Assembly (NCBI GenBank): GCA_963702435.1
Contig: CAVPCR010000001.1
Coordinates: 416,001 to 480,000 of the forward strand
Source: Candidatus Eiseniibacteriota bacterium
GTDB lineage: Bacteria > Eisenbacteria > RBG-16-71-46 > CAVPCR01
DNA: 64,000 nt
Direction: 5' to 3'
Of the stretch, positions 34,990-46,005 are shown piece by piece; the stretch's first letter is position 1; each line of letters starts with the position of its first letter. The translations under genes and the position numbers were made by a program. The notes beneath the pieces were generated by a model. That model was not told where the DNA came from, did not search any database, and saw nothing but the letters and a program-made list of their open reading frames with translations.

Positions 34990-37387
34990 CCGCGTCCTCC
35001 TCCTCGTCCTCGCGCTCGAAGACGGCCACCGACTCGTCGCCGTCGGGGAGCTCGACCCCGCGCCGGAGCGGGCGCTTCGGGTCGCGCTTCGCGTCGCGTC
35101 CCTCGCCCCGCCCGAGCGGCGCCACCTCGCCCTGCGGTCCGCCCACCGCTCCCTCGCTCTCCATGCGCCGGGTGCGCAGCGCCGCCTCCGGGTACTGGAT
35201 GCGGCCGTGGAAGAAGCGATCGAGGACGGCGATGAACGAATCGCGTACGCGGGCCAGGTCGGCGAGCGTCAGGCTCGACCCGTCGAGCTGCCCGTCCTCG
35301 GCGCGCTTGTCGATGATCCGCTTGACCACGGTGCGGATGCGCCCCGGGGTTGGATCCTCGAGCGAGCGGGCGGTCGCCTCCACCGAATCGGCGAGCATGA
35401 CGATCGCCGTCTCCTTCCGGCTCGGGCGCGGCCCCGGGTAGCGGAAGTCCGATTCCTCGATCGCCGGGTCGCGGTCCTGGGCCTTGTGATAGAAGAACGA
35501 CATGAGATTGGTGCCGTGGTGCTCGGGAATGAAGTCGACGATCTCGGGCGGCAGCCCCGCCTCGCGCGCCATCTGGATGCCGTCGCGCACGTGCGCGCCG
35601 AGGATCAGGCAGCTCATGTTGGGCGTCAGGTTGTCGTGCCGGTTCTTGCCGGTCTGGTTCTCGACGAAGTACTCGGGGAGCTGCATCTTCCCGATGTCGT
35701 GATAGTAGGCGCCCACCTGCGCGAGGAGCGGATTCCCGCCTGCCGCCTCGGCCGCCTCGCGCGCGAGCTCGGCCACCAGCATCGAGTGGTGGAAGGTGCC
35801 CGGGGCCTCGATCACCATGCGCTTCAGGAGCGGGTGATTGCGATCGAGGAGCTCGATCAGGGTGAAGTTGGTGGTGATCCGGAAGATCTTCTCGAGGATG
35901 GGCAGGAGCACGATCGCCACCACGCCGGCGAGACCGGCGCCGAGGATGCCGAGAACGCCCTTGGCGAGGACGCCCGACACCGGCTCGCGGGTGGCGAGGC
36001 CGATCGCGACCGCGGTCAGCACGTTGACGAGCGCGACGACCAGGACCGGCTGATAGAGCTCGTGCCGGCGCTTCAGGTTCTCGGCCGCGAACACCGCGCC
36101 GACGCCGCCGACCGACGCGGCAAGCAGGAACTCGATCGAGAAACCCTTGAGCAGGATCAGGAACACCGGCGCCAGGAAGGCGAGGAAGAGCGCCACCCCG
36201 CGCGGGAGGAGGATCGCGGCCAGGAGCGGCGACAGGGCGATCGGCACCAGGAACGCCTGCTGGTGGAAGTGATCGACCAGGAGCCAGGTCGCGATGACGG
36301 GGAGCACGCCGAGCGTCGCGAGGAGCGCGAGCAGGCGGAGGTCGCGATGCACGTGCGGCTGCTGGAAGCGGAGATAGGCGAGGAAGGCGAAGAGGAGGAG
36401 CGCCATCGCCCCGAAGCGGCCGGCCCCGGCGAGGAGGCCGCCGCCCAGCTCGCCGCCGATCGCGAGCTCGCGCCGGTGCGCTTCCATCGAGCGCAGATTG
36501 AGGAGCTGCTCGGCGGTGATCCGCTCGTGCGAATCGATGATGCGCTCCCCGCGCGCCACCATGCCGACGATCGACGGCACGTCCCGCTTCGCCTGCTCGG
36601 TGCGGCGCTGGGTCTCCGCCGGATCGTAGACGGCGGTCACCCTGATGAAGGGCAGGACGAGCTCGTGGAACGCATCGCGCGCCGCCGGATCCTCCGCCCG
36701 CGCCTGATCGGCGGCGGCCGCCGCCGCGGCGCGGGCCGCGGGCACTGTGGTGACCTCGGCGGCCGGCCGGTAGAAGTCGCCGGCGCCGCGCCGGGCGTTC
36801 ACGACATCGTGACCGGCGAGAAGGGGTGCAGCGGCCGGATCGACGATGGGAACGGCGAGCGCGCGCTCGACATAGGCGGCGGCCTCGGCGATCGTCGCCT
36901 GTCCCTCGCGCGTGCAGAGGAAGGCGAGCGAGCCCTGGCTCAGGCTCACGCCGAGGGCGCGCTCGAGCGCGGCGCCGAGCTCGGCCGGCGGCAGGTTCTC
37001 CGACGGCGGCCGCACGAGCTCGCGGCCGAGCCGGCGGAGCTTCTGCGCGGCGCCGGTCGCCAGCGCCGGGTCGAACTCGAGGACCGGCGGCACCGCCCGC
37101 GCCGCCTCGGCCCGCGCCCGCTCGAGCTCGCTCGACTCGCGATAGATGGGGAACGAGAAGGGGGCGATCACCTCCTTCTCCGAGATCTCCCCTTCGCGGA
37201 GGTCGAGCGCGATCTCCTCATCGGCGAGCGGAAAGAGGAGATGAGCGACCAGCGGCACGACCAGGAAGAGCGCCGTGCGGAGACCGATGCGGAGCGCGCG
37301 CGGCATCTCGCGGTCGTCGAGGAGGCGACGGCGGAGCTGCTTCTCCTTGTTCTTGCCCTTGAGCGTGAACGGCCACGGGAACGGCAT
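34898..37387 (-). CDS. 7TM-HD (HDIG) phosphohydrolase, PgpH-like
   Basis: Extracellular domain followed by about 7 transmembrane segments; APGTFHHS, YHDIGK, EHHGT, FRYPGPRP and MLADSVEA motifs. Confidence 0.9.
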   Translation of the reverse strand: MPFPWPFTLKGKNKEKQLRRRLLDDREMPRALRIGLRTALFLVVPLVAHLLFPLADEEIALDLREGEISEKEVIAPFSFPIYRESSELERARAEAARAVPPVLEFDPALATGAAQKLRRLGRELVRPPSENLPPAELGAALERALGVSLSQGSLAFLCTREGQATIAEAAAYVERALAVPIVDPAAAPLLAGHDVVNARRGAGDFYRPAAEVTTVPAARAAAAAAADQARAEDPAARDAFHELVLPFIRVTAVYDPAETQRRTEQAKRDVPSIVGMVARGERIIDSHERITAEQLLNLRSMEAHRRELAIGGELGGGLLAGAGRFGAMALLLFAFLAYLRFQQPHVHRDLRLLALLATLGVLPVIATWLLVDHFHQQAFLVPIALSPLLAAILLPRGVALFLAFLAPVFLILLKGFSIEFLLAASVGGVGAVFAAENLKRRHELYQPVLVVALVNVLTAVAIGLATREPVSGVLAKGVLGILGAGLAGVVAIVLLPILEKIFRITTNFTLIELLDRNHPLLKRMVIEAPGTFHHSMLVAELAREAAEAAGGNPLLAQVGAYYHDIGKMQLPEYFVENQTGKNRHDNLTPNMSCLILGAHVRDGIQMAREAGLPPEIVDFIPEHHGTNLMSFFYHKAQDRDPAIEESDFRYPGPRPSRKETAIVMLADSVEATARSLEDPTPGRIRTVVKRIIDKRAEDGQLDGSSLTLADLARVRDSFIAVLDRFFHGRIQYPEAALRTRRMESEGAVGGPQGEVAPLGRGEGRDAKRDPKRPLRRGVELPDGDESVAVFEREDEEEDADAGVDREPAAPPRRLEERAPEDRPHRTRGA

Positions 37388-37391
37388 GGCG

Positions 37392-38417
<1,026 letters not shown>

Positions 38418-38499
38418 GGGACTCCGGGTCACCGCGGCCGGCGCCGGGCGGATCCCCCCGCCTCGCGCTCCGCCCCGACAACGGACAGCCAGGAGAAGC

Positions 38500-38682
38500 A
38501 AAGAGGAAAACCCGCGCGCCGCCGCTCCGGCGCCGCCCACGGTCTTCCTCTACGCGCGCTGGTCTTCCACCTTGATCGTGGGATCGGATGGCGGCTCCCT
38601 GCCGCGGTGCCTTGCGGCCCGGCCCGGCGCGGCCCGGGCTTCCCTGGACGAGCTTCATAGGAGTCCGCTCGGCTCCATCCGG
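38500..38682 (-). ncRNA. candidate structured RNA or leader between aspS and phoH (family unassigned)
   Basis: Own promoter; nested pairings GGAUGG/CCAUCC, GCGG-CUCC/GGAG-CCGC, GCCGCG/CGCGGC, GCC-GCAA-GGC; 3' hairpin AGAGGAAGACC/GGUUUUCCUCU. Confidence 0.4.
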
Positions 38683-38686
38683 ATTC

Positions 38687-38716
38687 ACGCTAGCGCGGCC
38701 CGCGCCGGGGTGTCAA
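38687..38716 (-). promoter_or_regulatory. putative sigma70 promoter upstream of the phoH leader
   Basis: TTGACA-18 nt-TAGCGT. Confidence 0.65.
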
Positions 38717-38747
38717 GGCGCCGGCCCCCGCGCGCGGCCGCGCTCAT

Positions 38748-40634
38748 CTAGGCCAAGTCGCTTTCCATCAAGCGGATATGAAGATCGCGCAGGTCCGCCG
38801 GCGGCACCGCCGCCGGAGCCTCGTCCATGAGCGAGGTCGCCCGCGCGGTCTTCGGGAAGGCGATCGTCTCCCGGATCGAGCTCCGCCCGGCGAGGAGCAT
38901 GACCAGCCGGTCGACGCCGAGGGCGATCCCGCCATGCGGCGGCGCCCCGTAGTCGAAGGCGCCGAGGAGGAAGCCGAAGCGCTCCTCCATCTCCGCATGG
39001 TTCATCCCGATCACGGCCATGATCCGCTCCTGGATGTCGCGGCGATGAACGCGGATCGAGCCCGAGCCGAGCTCGACCCCGTTCATGACGAGATCGTAGA
39101 GCTCGGCGTGCACCGCCCCCGGATCGCTCTCCAGGCGCTCGAGATCGGCCGCGAGCGGCATCGTGAACATGTGGTGAGCGGGCGTCCAGCGCCCGCTCTC
39201 CTCGTCCTGCTCGAAGAGCGGGAACCGGTGGATCCAGTGGAAGACATGGCGGACCGGCTCCCCCGCGAGGAGACGGCGCACGACCTCGCCGCGCACCTGG
39301 CCGAGGGCGGTCGCCGCGACCCGGCGGCGGGCGGCGACGAAGAAGAGAAGATCGCCGTCGGCGGCGCCCGCCGCCCGCGCCAGGGCGTCGCGCGCGGGAG
39401 CGAGGAACTTCGCGATGCCGCCGGCGAGCGCGCCGCCTTCGAGCCGCGCCCAGGCGAGCCCCTCGGCGCCGGCGCGCGTGGCGAGCGGGGTGAGCTCCTC
39501 GTCGATCACGCGCCGCGAGGCCCAGGCGGCGCCCGGCACGCGGAGGCAGAGGACCCGGCCGTCGGCGGCGCCCGCCGCGGCGCGGAAGGGCCGGAACTCG
39601 AGCCCGCCTGCGATCGCCGTCACGTCGGCCATCGGCAGGTCGAGGCGGAGATCGGGCTTGTCCGAGCCGTAGCGGCCGATCGCGTCTTCGTAGGCGAGGC
39701 GCGGGAAGGGTGTGGCGATCTCGACCCCGACCGCTTCCCGGAGGGCCGCCGCCATGAAGGTCTCGACCACGCGGAAGACGTCCTCCTCGCCGGCGAAGCT
39801 CATCTCGAGGTCGATCTGGCTGAATTCGGGCTGGCGGTCGGCCCGCGGATCCTCGTCGCGCAGACAGCGCGCGATCTGGTAATAGCGATCGCAGCCCGCC
39901 ACCATCAGGATCTGCTTGTACAGCTGAGGAGATTGCGGCAATGCGTAGAATTTCCCGGGGTGGAGGCGGGACGGGACGATGTAGTCGCGCGCGCCCTCGG
40001 GCGTGGGCTTGACGAGGAGCGGGGTCTCGATCTCGAGGAAACCCATGCCGTCGAGCGCGGTGCGCACCGCGCCCACCAGCCGGTGGCGGAGCGCGAGGAT
40101 CGACTGGAGCCGCTCGCTCCTGAGCTCGAGGAAGCGATAGCGGAGCCGCAGGTCCTCGGCGGTCGCCGGATCGTCCTCGGCGACCGAGAACGGGAGCGGC
40201 AACGCGCTGTTCAGAACGCGGAGCGCCTCGACCTCGACCTCGATCGCGCCGGTCGGCATCCCGGGGTTCTCCTGCCCCGCCGGCCGCGCCGCGACCGTGC
40301 CGCGCACGCCGATCACGAACTCCTGGCGGAGGAGGTTGGCGCGGGCGAGCGTCGCCTGATCCACGCGCTCCGGACGCACCACCGCCTGCGTCCGTCCGTG
40401 GCGGTCGCGGAGATCGATGAACTTGACGCCGCCGAGATCGCGGATCCGGTTCACCCAGCCGAGGAGCGTGACGGTGCGCCCGACGTCCGCGGCGCGGAGA
40501 TCGCCGAGCGTGTGCGTTCGCCGGAGGTCGCCGAGCGGCTCGAGCGCGTTCTGCTCCGCCTCGCGCGCCCTCTGCTCGGCCGCGTGCGCCGCCGCGGCCA
40601 CCGGGTTCTCGACGCCGATCCGTTCGTCCTTCAT
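38748..40634 (-). CDS. aspS: aspartate--tRNA ligase
   Basis: RTHT, FIDLRD, PEGARDY, LPQSPQLYKQ, RDEDPRADRQPEFSQID and GAPPHGGIALGVDR motifs; TGATG overlap with hisS. Confidence 0.97.
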   Translation of the reverse strand: MKDERIGVENPVAAAAHAAEQRAREAEQNALEPLGDLRRTHTLGDLRAADVGRTVTLLGWVNRIRDLGGVKFIDLRDRHGRTQAVVRPERVDQATLARANLLRQEFVIGVRGTVAARPAGQENPGMPTGAIEVEVEALRVLNSALPLPFSVAEDDPATAEDLRLRYRFLELRSERLQSILALRHRLVGAVRTALDGMGFLEIETPLLVKPTPEGARDYIVPSRLHPGKFYALPQSPQLYKQILMVAGCDRYYQIARCLRDEDPRADRQPEFSQIDLEMSFAGEEDVFRVVETFMAAALREAVGVEIATPFPRLAYEDAIGRYGSDKPDLRLDLPMADVTAIAGGLEFRPFRAAAGAADGRVLCLRVPGAAWASRRVIDEELTPLATRAGAEGLAWARLEGGALAGGIAKFLAPARDALARAAGAADGDLLFFVAARRRVAATALGQVRGEVVRRLLAGEPVRHVFHWIHRFPLFEQDEESGRWTPAHHMFTMPLAADLERLESDPGAVHAELYDLVMNGVELGSGSIRVHRRDIQERIMAVIGMNHAEMEERFGFLLGAFDYGAPPHGGIALGVDRLVMLLAGRSSIRETIAFPKTARATSLMDEAPAAVPPADLRDLHIRLMESDLA

Positions 40635-42034
40635 CAACGTGTCCCCTCCTCGGCGACAGGCGCCGCGCTCCCCCGCCGCTCCGCACCCCCGCGCCGCTCC
40701 CCCGCGGCGAGAAGCTCCGCCGCGGCCTTCACGAACGCGGCGCGCGGGACGGCGGCCCCTTGCATGCCGCTCCGGAGATCCTTGATCGCCACCGTGCCGC
40801 CCGCGAGCTCGTCCGCGCCCGCGATCGCGACCAGCGGAATTCCCCTCCGATCGGCGTAGCGGAGCTGGCGATCGAGCCGGTGATCCTCCAGATAGAGCTC
40901 GGCCGCCACCCCGCCCGCCCTGAGCTCCTCGGCGAGCCGCAGGTACTCGACCCAGCGCGTCGCATCGAGCACCGCCACGAGAACCTGCGCCGTGGACTGG
41001 TTTTTCGCGGAGAGCCCGAGCCGGGTCAGGGCGTCGAGGAGCCGATCGAGTCCGAGCGAGGCGCCCACTCCCGGCATGACGTCGCGCGTGTAGAGCGACG
41101 CCAGGTCGTCGTAGCGGCCGCCCGAGCAGACGCTGCCGAGATCCGGCTCGTCGCCGAGCACCGTCTCGTAGATAGTGCCCGTGTAGTAGTCGAGGCCGCG
41201 CGCGAGCGCGAGATCGATCTTGTAGCGCGCCGGCGGCACGCCGGCCGCCTGGAGCCCGCCCGTCACCACCCGGAGCCGCTCGATCCCCGCGCCGGCCGCC
41301 GGGTGGCCGCCGAAGCGGACGGCGAGACGGTCGAGGAGGTCGGCCGGAGCGCCGCCCTCCGCGGCGAAGGCGAAGATCGCGTCGATCGCCGCCGGGCTCG
41401 CCCCGGCCGTCGCCGCCATCTCGCGCGCGACTTGGTCCCGCCCGACCTTGTCGAGCTTGTCGAGCGCGCGAAGGACGGGCGCCGACGCCGCGGCGAGGTC
41501 GAGCTCGTCGAGAAGCCCGGCCAGGATGCCGCGGTCGGAGAGCCGCTGCTCGAACCGCTCGACGCCGAGCGAGGTGAGGAGCCGGTCGATGACGAGCGCG
41601 GTTTCCAGATCCGCGAGCGGGGAGCGCGTCCCGATCGTGTCGAAGTCGCACTGCCAGAACTCGCGGAAGCGCCCGCGCGCCGTGTTCTCGCCGCGCCACA
41701 CCGGCCCCAGGTGGTAGCGCTTGAACGGCATGCCGAGCTGGCGCCCGTGCTGGGCGGCGAAGCGGGCGAAGGGCACGGTGAGATCGAAGCGCAGAGCGAC
41801 GTCGCGCCCGCCCTGATCGGTGAAGCGGTAGAGCTGCTTGTCCGACTCGCCGCCGCCCTTGCCGAGGAGGATCTCGGTGTACTCGAGCGCCGGGGTGTCG
41901 ATGGGAACGAATCCGAAGGACCGGAAAACCCCGCGGATCACGTCCACCATCGCCTCCTTGGCGATCATCAGGTCGGGCGTGAAATCACGGAAGCCCCTGA
42001 GGGTGCGCGGCTCGATCCGCGCCGGATCGCTCAT
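40634..42034 (-). CDS. hisS: histidine--tRNA ligase
   Basis: LRGFRD, LRFDLTVP, GRFREFWQCDFD, ARGLDYYTG and GGRYDDL motifs. Confidence 0.97.
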   Translation of the reverse strand: MSDPARIEPRTLRGFRDFTPDLMIAKEAMVDVIRGVFRSFGFVPIDTPALEYTEILLGKGGGESDKQLYRFTDQGGRDVALRFDLTVPFARFAAQHGRQLGMPFKRYHLGPVWRGENTARGRFREFWQCDFDTIGTRSPLADLETALVIDRLLTSLGVERFEQRLSDRGILAGLLDELDLAAASAPVLRALDKLDKVGRDQVAREMAATAGASPAAIDAIFAFAAEGGAPADLLDRLAVRFGGHPAAGAGIERLRVVTGGLQAAGVPPARYKIDLALARGLDYYTGTIYETVLGDEPDLGSVCSGGRYDDLASLYTRDVMPGVGASLGLDRLLDALTRLGLSAKNQSTAQVLVAVLDATRWVEYLRLAEELRAGGVAAELYLEDHRLDRQLRYADRRGIPLVAIAGADELAGGTVAIKDLRSGMQGAAVPRAAFVKAAAELLAAGERRGGAERRGSAAPVAEEGTR

Positions 42035-42456
42035 CTGAATCTCTCCGTGTGCTTGCTTTCCGCCCGGTCCGCTCCGCGCCGCCGGCGCCACCACGTGAAT
42101 CCGCCGCCCAGGGCGACGCCGAGGAGGTCGGCGATCGCATCGGCCGGCGTCGGCTGGCGTCCGGGGACCGTCCGTTGATAGGCCTCGTCGGCCGCCGCGA
42201 CGAGGACTCCGAGGAGGATCACGGCCGCGATCAGCCGGGTGCCCCCGAGCCGGAGCTCGGCCGCCCGGAAGAGCACCACCCCGAGCCCGGCGTACTCGAG
42301 CGCGTGCACGAGCTTGTCGAGGTGCTCGATCCGGGGGCCCGAGGGCGGATGCTGCCAGCTCGAGAGGGCGAAGATGAGCGCGACGTAGGCGAGGACCGCC
42401 AGGAGGCGCCCGGTCCCTCCCGCCGAGACGGCCGCGCCGCGACGCGGCGGGCTCAC
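42031..42456 (-). CDS. VanZ-family membrane protein
   Basis: IFALSS, DKLVHALEY, DEAYQRTVPGR and DAIAD motifs. Confidence 0.88.
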   Translation of the reverse strand: MSPPRRGAAVSAGGTGRLLAVLAYVALIFALSSWQHPPSGPRIEHLDKLVHALEYAGLGVVLFRAAELRLGGTRLIAAVILLGVLVAAADEAYQRTVPGRQPTPADAIADLLGVALGGGFTWWRRRRGADRAESKHTERFR

Positions 42457-42917
42457 TGGCGGAGCCGGGCCTCCTCGGCGGCGATGATGCGCATGACCTC
42501 GGCCGGCGTGCGCGCGCGGCGGAGGCTCTGCTGCAGCTCGCCGGAGTAGAGAAGGCGCGAGATCCGGGCCAGGATGCGCACGAAACCGCCGGGGCCGTCG
42601 GGCGCCACGATGAGGAAGAAGAGCCCGACCGGCTTGCCGTCGAGGCTCTTGAAGTCGATGTCCTCGTGGGTGCGCCCGAAGGCCATGGCCAGCTTGAGCG
42701 CGCCGCGCGACTGCGCATGCGGGATGGCCACCCCCGCGCCGACCCCGGTCGACATGAGCCGCTCCCGCTCGAGGATGTCCTCGACCACGGTCTTCGCGTC
42801 GCTCACGTGGCCGGAGCCGGCGAGCAAGGCCACCAGCGCCTCGATCACCGCGGTCTTGTCGCCGGTGGGGAGATCGAGCGCGATGTTCTCTTCGGCGAGG
42901 AGGTCGAGCAGGTTCAT
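42453..42917 (-). CDS. PTS IIA (fructose/nitrogen-regulatory, PtsN-like) domain protein
   Basis: ERERLMSTGVGAGVAIPHA (phospho-His) and DFKSLDGKPV motifs. Confidence 0.9.
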   Translation of the reverse strand: MNLLDLLAEENIALDLPTGDKTAVIEALVALLAGSGHVSDAKTVVEDILERERLMSTGVGAGVAIPHAQSRGALKLAMAFGRTHEDIDFKSLDGKPVGLFFLIVAPDGPGGFVRILARISRLLYSGELQQSLRRARTPAEVMRIIAAEEARLRQ

Positions 42918-42957
42918 CACAGCGGAAGGCATGGCACGCCCCGAATGCGAGGGATCG

Positions 42958-42981
42958 AAAAAAACCGGGGACGCCCCCCGG
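42958..42981 (-). terminator. intrinsic terminator in the leader of the PTS-IIA/hisS/aspS operon
   Basis: CCGGGG-GGCGU-CCCCGG followed by U7. Confidence 0.75.
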
Positions 42982-43031
42982 GATCGAGCTCTAAGCCTCT
43001 GGACTCGGCGCCCGACGTCGTAAGCCTTGAA

Positions 43032-43060
43032 ACCATAAGCGGACAGGGGGCGAGTGTCAA
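43032..43060 (-). promoter_or_regulatory. near-consensus sigma70 promoter
   Basis: TTGACA-17 nt-TATGGT. Confidence 0.75.
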
Positions 43061-43162
43061 GGCAGGGCCCCTCGCGAGGGGCCCGGAGAGCGGCGAGGGA
43101 AGAGCGCGCAGGGGCCCCGGGGGGCCGCGGGGCATGGCCTGAAACGAGCCGGAAGACTCACC

Positions 43163-43933
43163 CTAGCGCTGCCCGAACACCACCGGGAAGCGGGTCCACA
43201 TGGCGATCGGCGCCCCGTCACGGGTGGCCGGCTGGAAGCGGAGCTGCCAGGCGCTCGCGATGGCCGCCGCCTCGCAGCTCGGGCAGCCGCTCGGCGTCTC
43301 CACCTCCACCACGTCGACCCTGCCCTCCGCGGTCACATGCACCGCCAGGACGATCGGCACCTTGAGCTGCTTCCTGGCCGCCCTGGGGAACTCGGGCCAG
43401 ACCATGGCCACGATGACCGGCGGCTCGACGATCCCGGCCGCCGTCCCGGTTCCGGAGCCGGTTCCGGAGCCGGTCCCCGCCCCGGATCCACCGCCCTCGC
43501 CCGCCCCGGCACCCGCGACCGGGCCCGCGGGGCCGGCCGGCACCTCCGTGGCCGGCCCGGCCGCCCCCTCCTCCGCGGTCTCCGCCGCCCGGGCATCCGG
43601 GGCCGGCGCCGCCGGAGGGAGCGCCACCACCACATCGCTCGGCGCCGACTCCGGGACCGGGGGCGGCGCCGGCACCGCGGCCGGCATCGAGAGCGGGACC
43701 TCGAGCTCGATCACCTGCATGCGGAGGCTCCCGAGCGGGACGAGGAGGCCGCGGGCGCCGGGGTCCGCCCCCTCCGCCCCGGCGATCGGGACGAGCGGCA
43801 CCGCCGCCGGCCGCGCCGGCACCTCGATCGACGCCACCGGGAGGAGGAAGACGAGGAGGACATGGATCGCGAGCGAGGCGAGGAGGAACGGCGCGAGCGG
43901 GCTCGTCAGATCGTCGGTGCGGAGGGCATCCAT
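43163..43933 (-). CDS. energy transducer TonB-family protein
   Basis: N-terminal anchor ASLAIH, Pro/Gly-rich linker, and C-terminal PEFPRAAR...VTAEGRV...FQPATRDGAPIAMW domain. Confidence 0.85.
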   Translation of the reverse strand: MDALRTDDLTSPLAPFLLASLAIHVLLVFLLPVASIEVPARPAAVPLVPIAGAEGADPGARGLLVPLGSLRMQVIELEVPLSMPAAVPAPPPVPESAPSDVVVALPPAAPAPDARAAETAEEGAAGPATEVPAGPAGPVAGAGAGEGGGSGAGTGSGTGSGTGTAAGIVEPPVIVAMVWPEFPRAARKQLKVPIVLAVHVTAEGRVDVVEVETPSGCPSCEAAAIASAWQLRFQPATRDGAPIAMWTRFPVVFGQR

Positions 43934-43940
43934 CCCCTCG

Positions 43941-46005
43941 TCACTCCGCGCGCCGGAAGGTGAGCTCGCGCCGCGCGGATCCGCCGCCGACGAGATCGGT
44001 CACCTCGAGCTCGAGATGGTAGCGGTCGGCCGGGAGCGTGGACACGTCGATCGCCATGTTGCGGCGCACGGTGGAGCCCGCTCCCTCCTCGAAGAAGCTC
44101 GACTCGATGAAGGTCTTGGCGCGGAACGCATTGCCGAGGCGGGTGAAGATCGAGTTCCCCTCGCGGTCGGCCGGCGTGATGCGGTAGTGGACCTCGTAGC
44201 GGCTCTGCCCGCCCGGGCTCGCACCGTCCGCGGGCGCGGGCACGAGATGGTAGATCTCGAAGTAGAGGACGAGGCGCTCGTCCCCGCGCACTTCGCCGGT
44301 CGCGTTCGGCACGACGTTCAAGCGGCCCTTCTCGAACGGCGCCGGACCGGCCGGCGCGATCGTGAAGGCGAGCTCCGGCGTCGAGAGCGCGATTCCTACC
44401 TCACCGAACCGCCGGATCTCGATCGCGCGCATCGCCGTGCCCACCACCGCCCCCGCGTCGCCCTCGATCTGGCTCGCGATCATGTAGGACCCGGGCCGGA
44501 GCTCGAAGTCGGTCTGATGCACGAGCGCGCGGTCGGCGGCGCCGGCCAGGTGCGCCCGGTCGAGATCCACGTCCTCCTCGCGCCGCGCCACCTCGTTCCA
44601 GCGATCGTCGAAGACCACGGTCCCCGCGGCGAGCGTGGTCCCCTGGTAGCTCGCGAGCGAGTCCGCAGGCAGGGCCATGTAGACCTCGGCGCGCGTGCGC
44701 GCGGCATCCACCTTGAACTCGCCCACGGCGAGGGCCGGCGTGATCCAGCGCCCGCCGTAGTCGTGGGCGTAGGACTGCGGGAGATTGTACGCGGCGAGAT
44801 CGGCGCCGGTGGGGAGACCGGTGAACGGGTAGTAGAACATCCCGTTCAGCGCCATGTCGTAGAAGGTGGCCTCGAGCGGGACGCCCGCGGCCGCGTAGAC
44901 ATGGTACCAGCCGGGGAAGGAGAAGAAGAGAGCGCGGCTCCCCTGGATGTACTCGATGTAGAGCGGCTTCCCGTAGCGGATGAGCATCTCGCCGCGGGAC
45001 GTGTCGTAGCCGCGCCTGTCGAAGCGTGGCACCGCGTACATGAGGTCGGCCATCACGACCCGGCGGTAGTGCTCGACCTGGCGCTCGTTGACGCGGGTCA
45101 CCGGCAGAGGGTCCTTCGAGCGCCAGAAGGCGCGCAGGAAATCCTCGCGCTCGTCGGGGACCATCGTCGCGTAGCGCTCCTCCTCGTAGGGGCTCGCGAT
45201 GAGGCTCAGGTCCGTGAACGGCCGGCGCTCCGCATCGGTGAGGAGCGAGAGCGCACGATCGAAGGAGGCCGCCGCGTCGGGATAGGTGCCCGGGCGCGCG
45301 AGACACGTCCCGGCGAGCGCGGCGAGCCAGCCGTCCGCGGGCCACTGCTCCCGCATCCGCTCGAGCACCGCGAGCGCAGCCTCGAATTGGCTCCCGAGCG
45401 TGTAGGCCTCGGCGAGCAGGAGCTGCGCGTCATGATCGTCGGGCAGGGCGTTGGCCGCGCGCGCGAAGTGCCCGAGTGCGGCATCGTAGTCGCCGGGCAG
45501 GCAGTAGCGGCGGAAGAGCGCGAGATGGTAGCGCCCGAAGGCGAGGTGGCCGCCGGGATGGTCGGGATTGTCAGCGAGGAGCTCGTCGAGCTCCTGGCGG
45601 GCCTCGCGCTCGAAGCCGCGGTCGAGGAGGACCTCGGCGAGATCGAAACGATAGTCGGGATTCTCGGGATCGAGCTCGACCAGCTCGCGCAAGGCGCGCT
45701 CGGCGATGCGGCGGCTCTCGATCGTGTCGGTACGCCGGCAGGCCTCGACGAGGAGCCGGCGCGCCGCGATCGAATCGCGGCGGTGCCAGGCGAGCTTGTC
45801 GAGCCCATGGATGGTCGTGGCGGCCGCCCCGGAATCGATGGCCGCGCTCGCGGCGGCGAGATCCCGGTCGAGCTCGCGGTCGTCCACCGATGAACCAGGA
45901 GCACCCGGACGCTACGGCGAGCGCGGCGGCGAGGGCGAGGCCGAGCGCTGCGGCGCGGACCCGCGGGGCCAGACCCCGGCGCGGTCCCGGACCGGGAGGC
46001 GCCAT
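43941..46005 (-). CDS. GWxTD-domain TPR lipoprotein (apparent frameshift near 45888)
   Basis: FWRSKDPLPVTRVNE...EHYRR...GYDTSRGEMLIRYGKP is a GWxTD-like motif. The lipoprotein signal (ALAVASGC) lies in the adjacent frame just upstream of the 43941-45887 ORF. Confidence 0.75.

Noticed and set aside
38555..38580. T-box-like AAGGUGGAAGACC in the phoH leader
   Set aside because: Does not match the GGUGGNACC bulge spacing, no specifier stem is visible, and the downstream genes are not amino-acid related.
38655..38682. Fluoride-riboswitch-like words GAUGGAG and GACUCCUA
   Set aside because: The spacing is far too short and the intervening conserved elements are absent.
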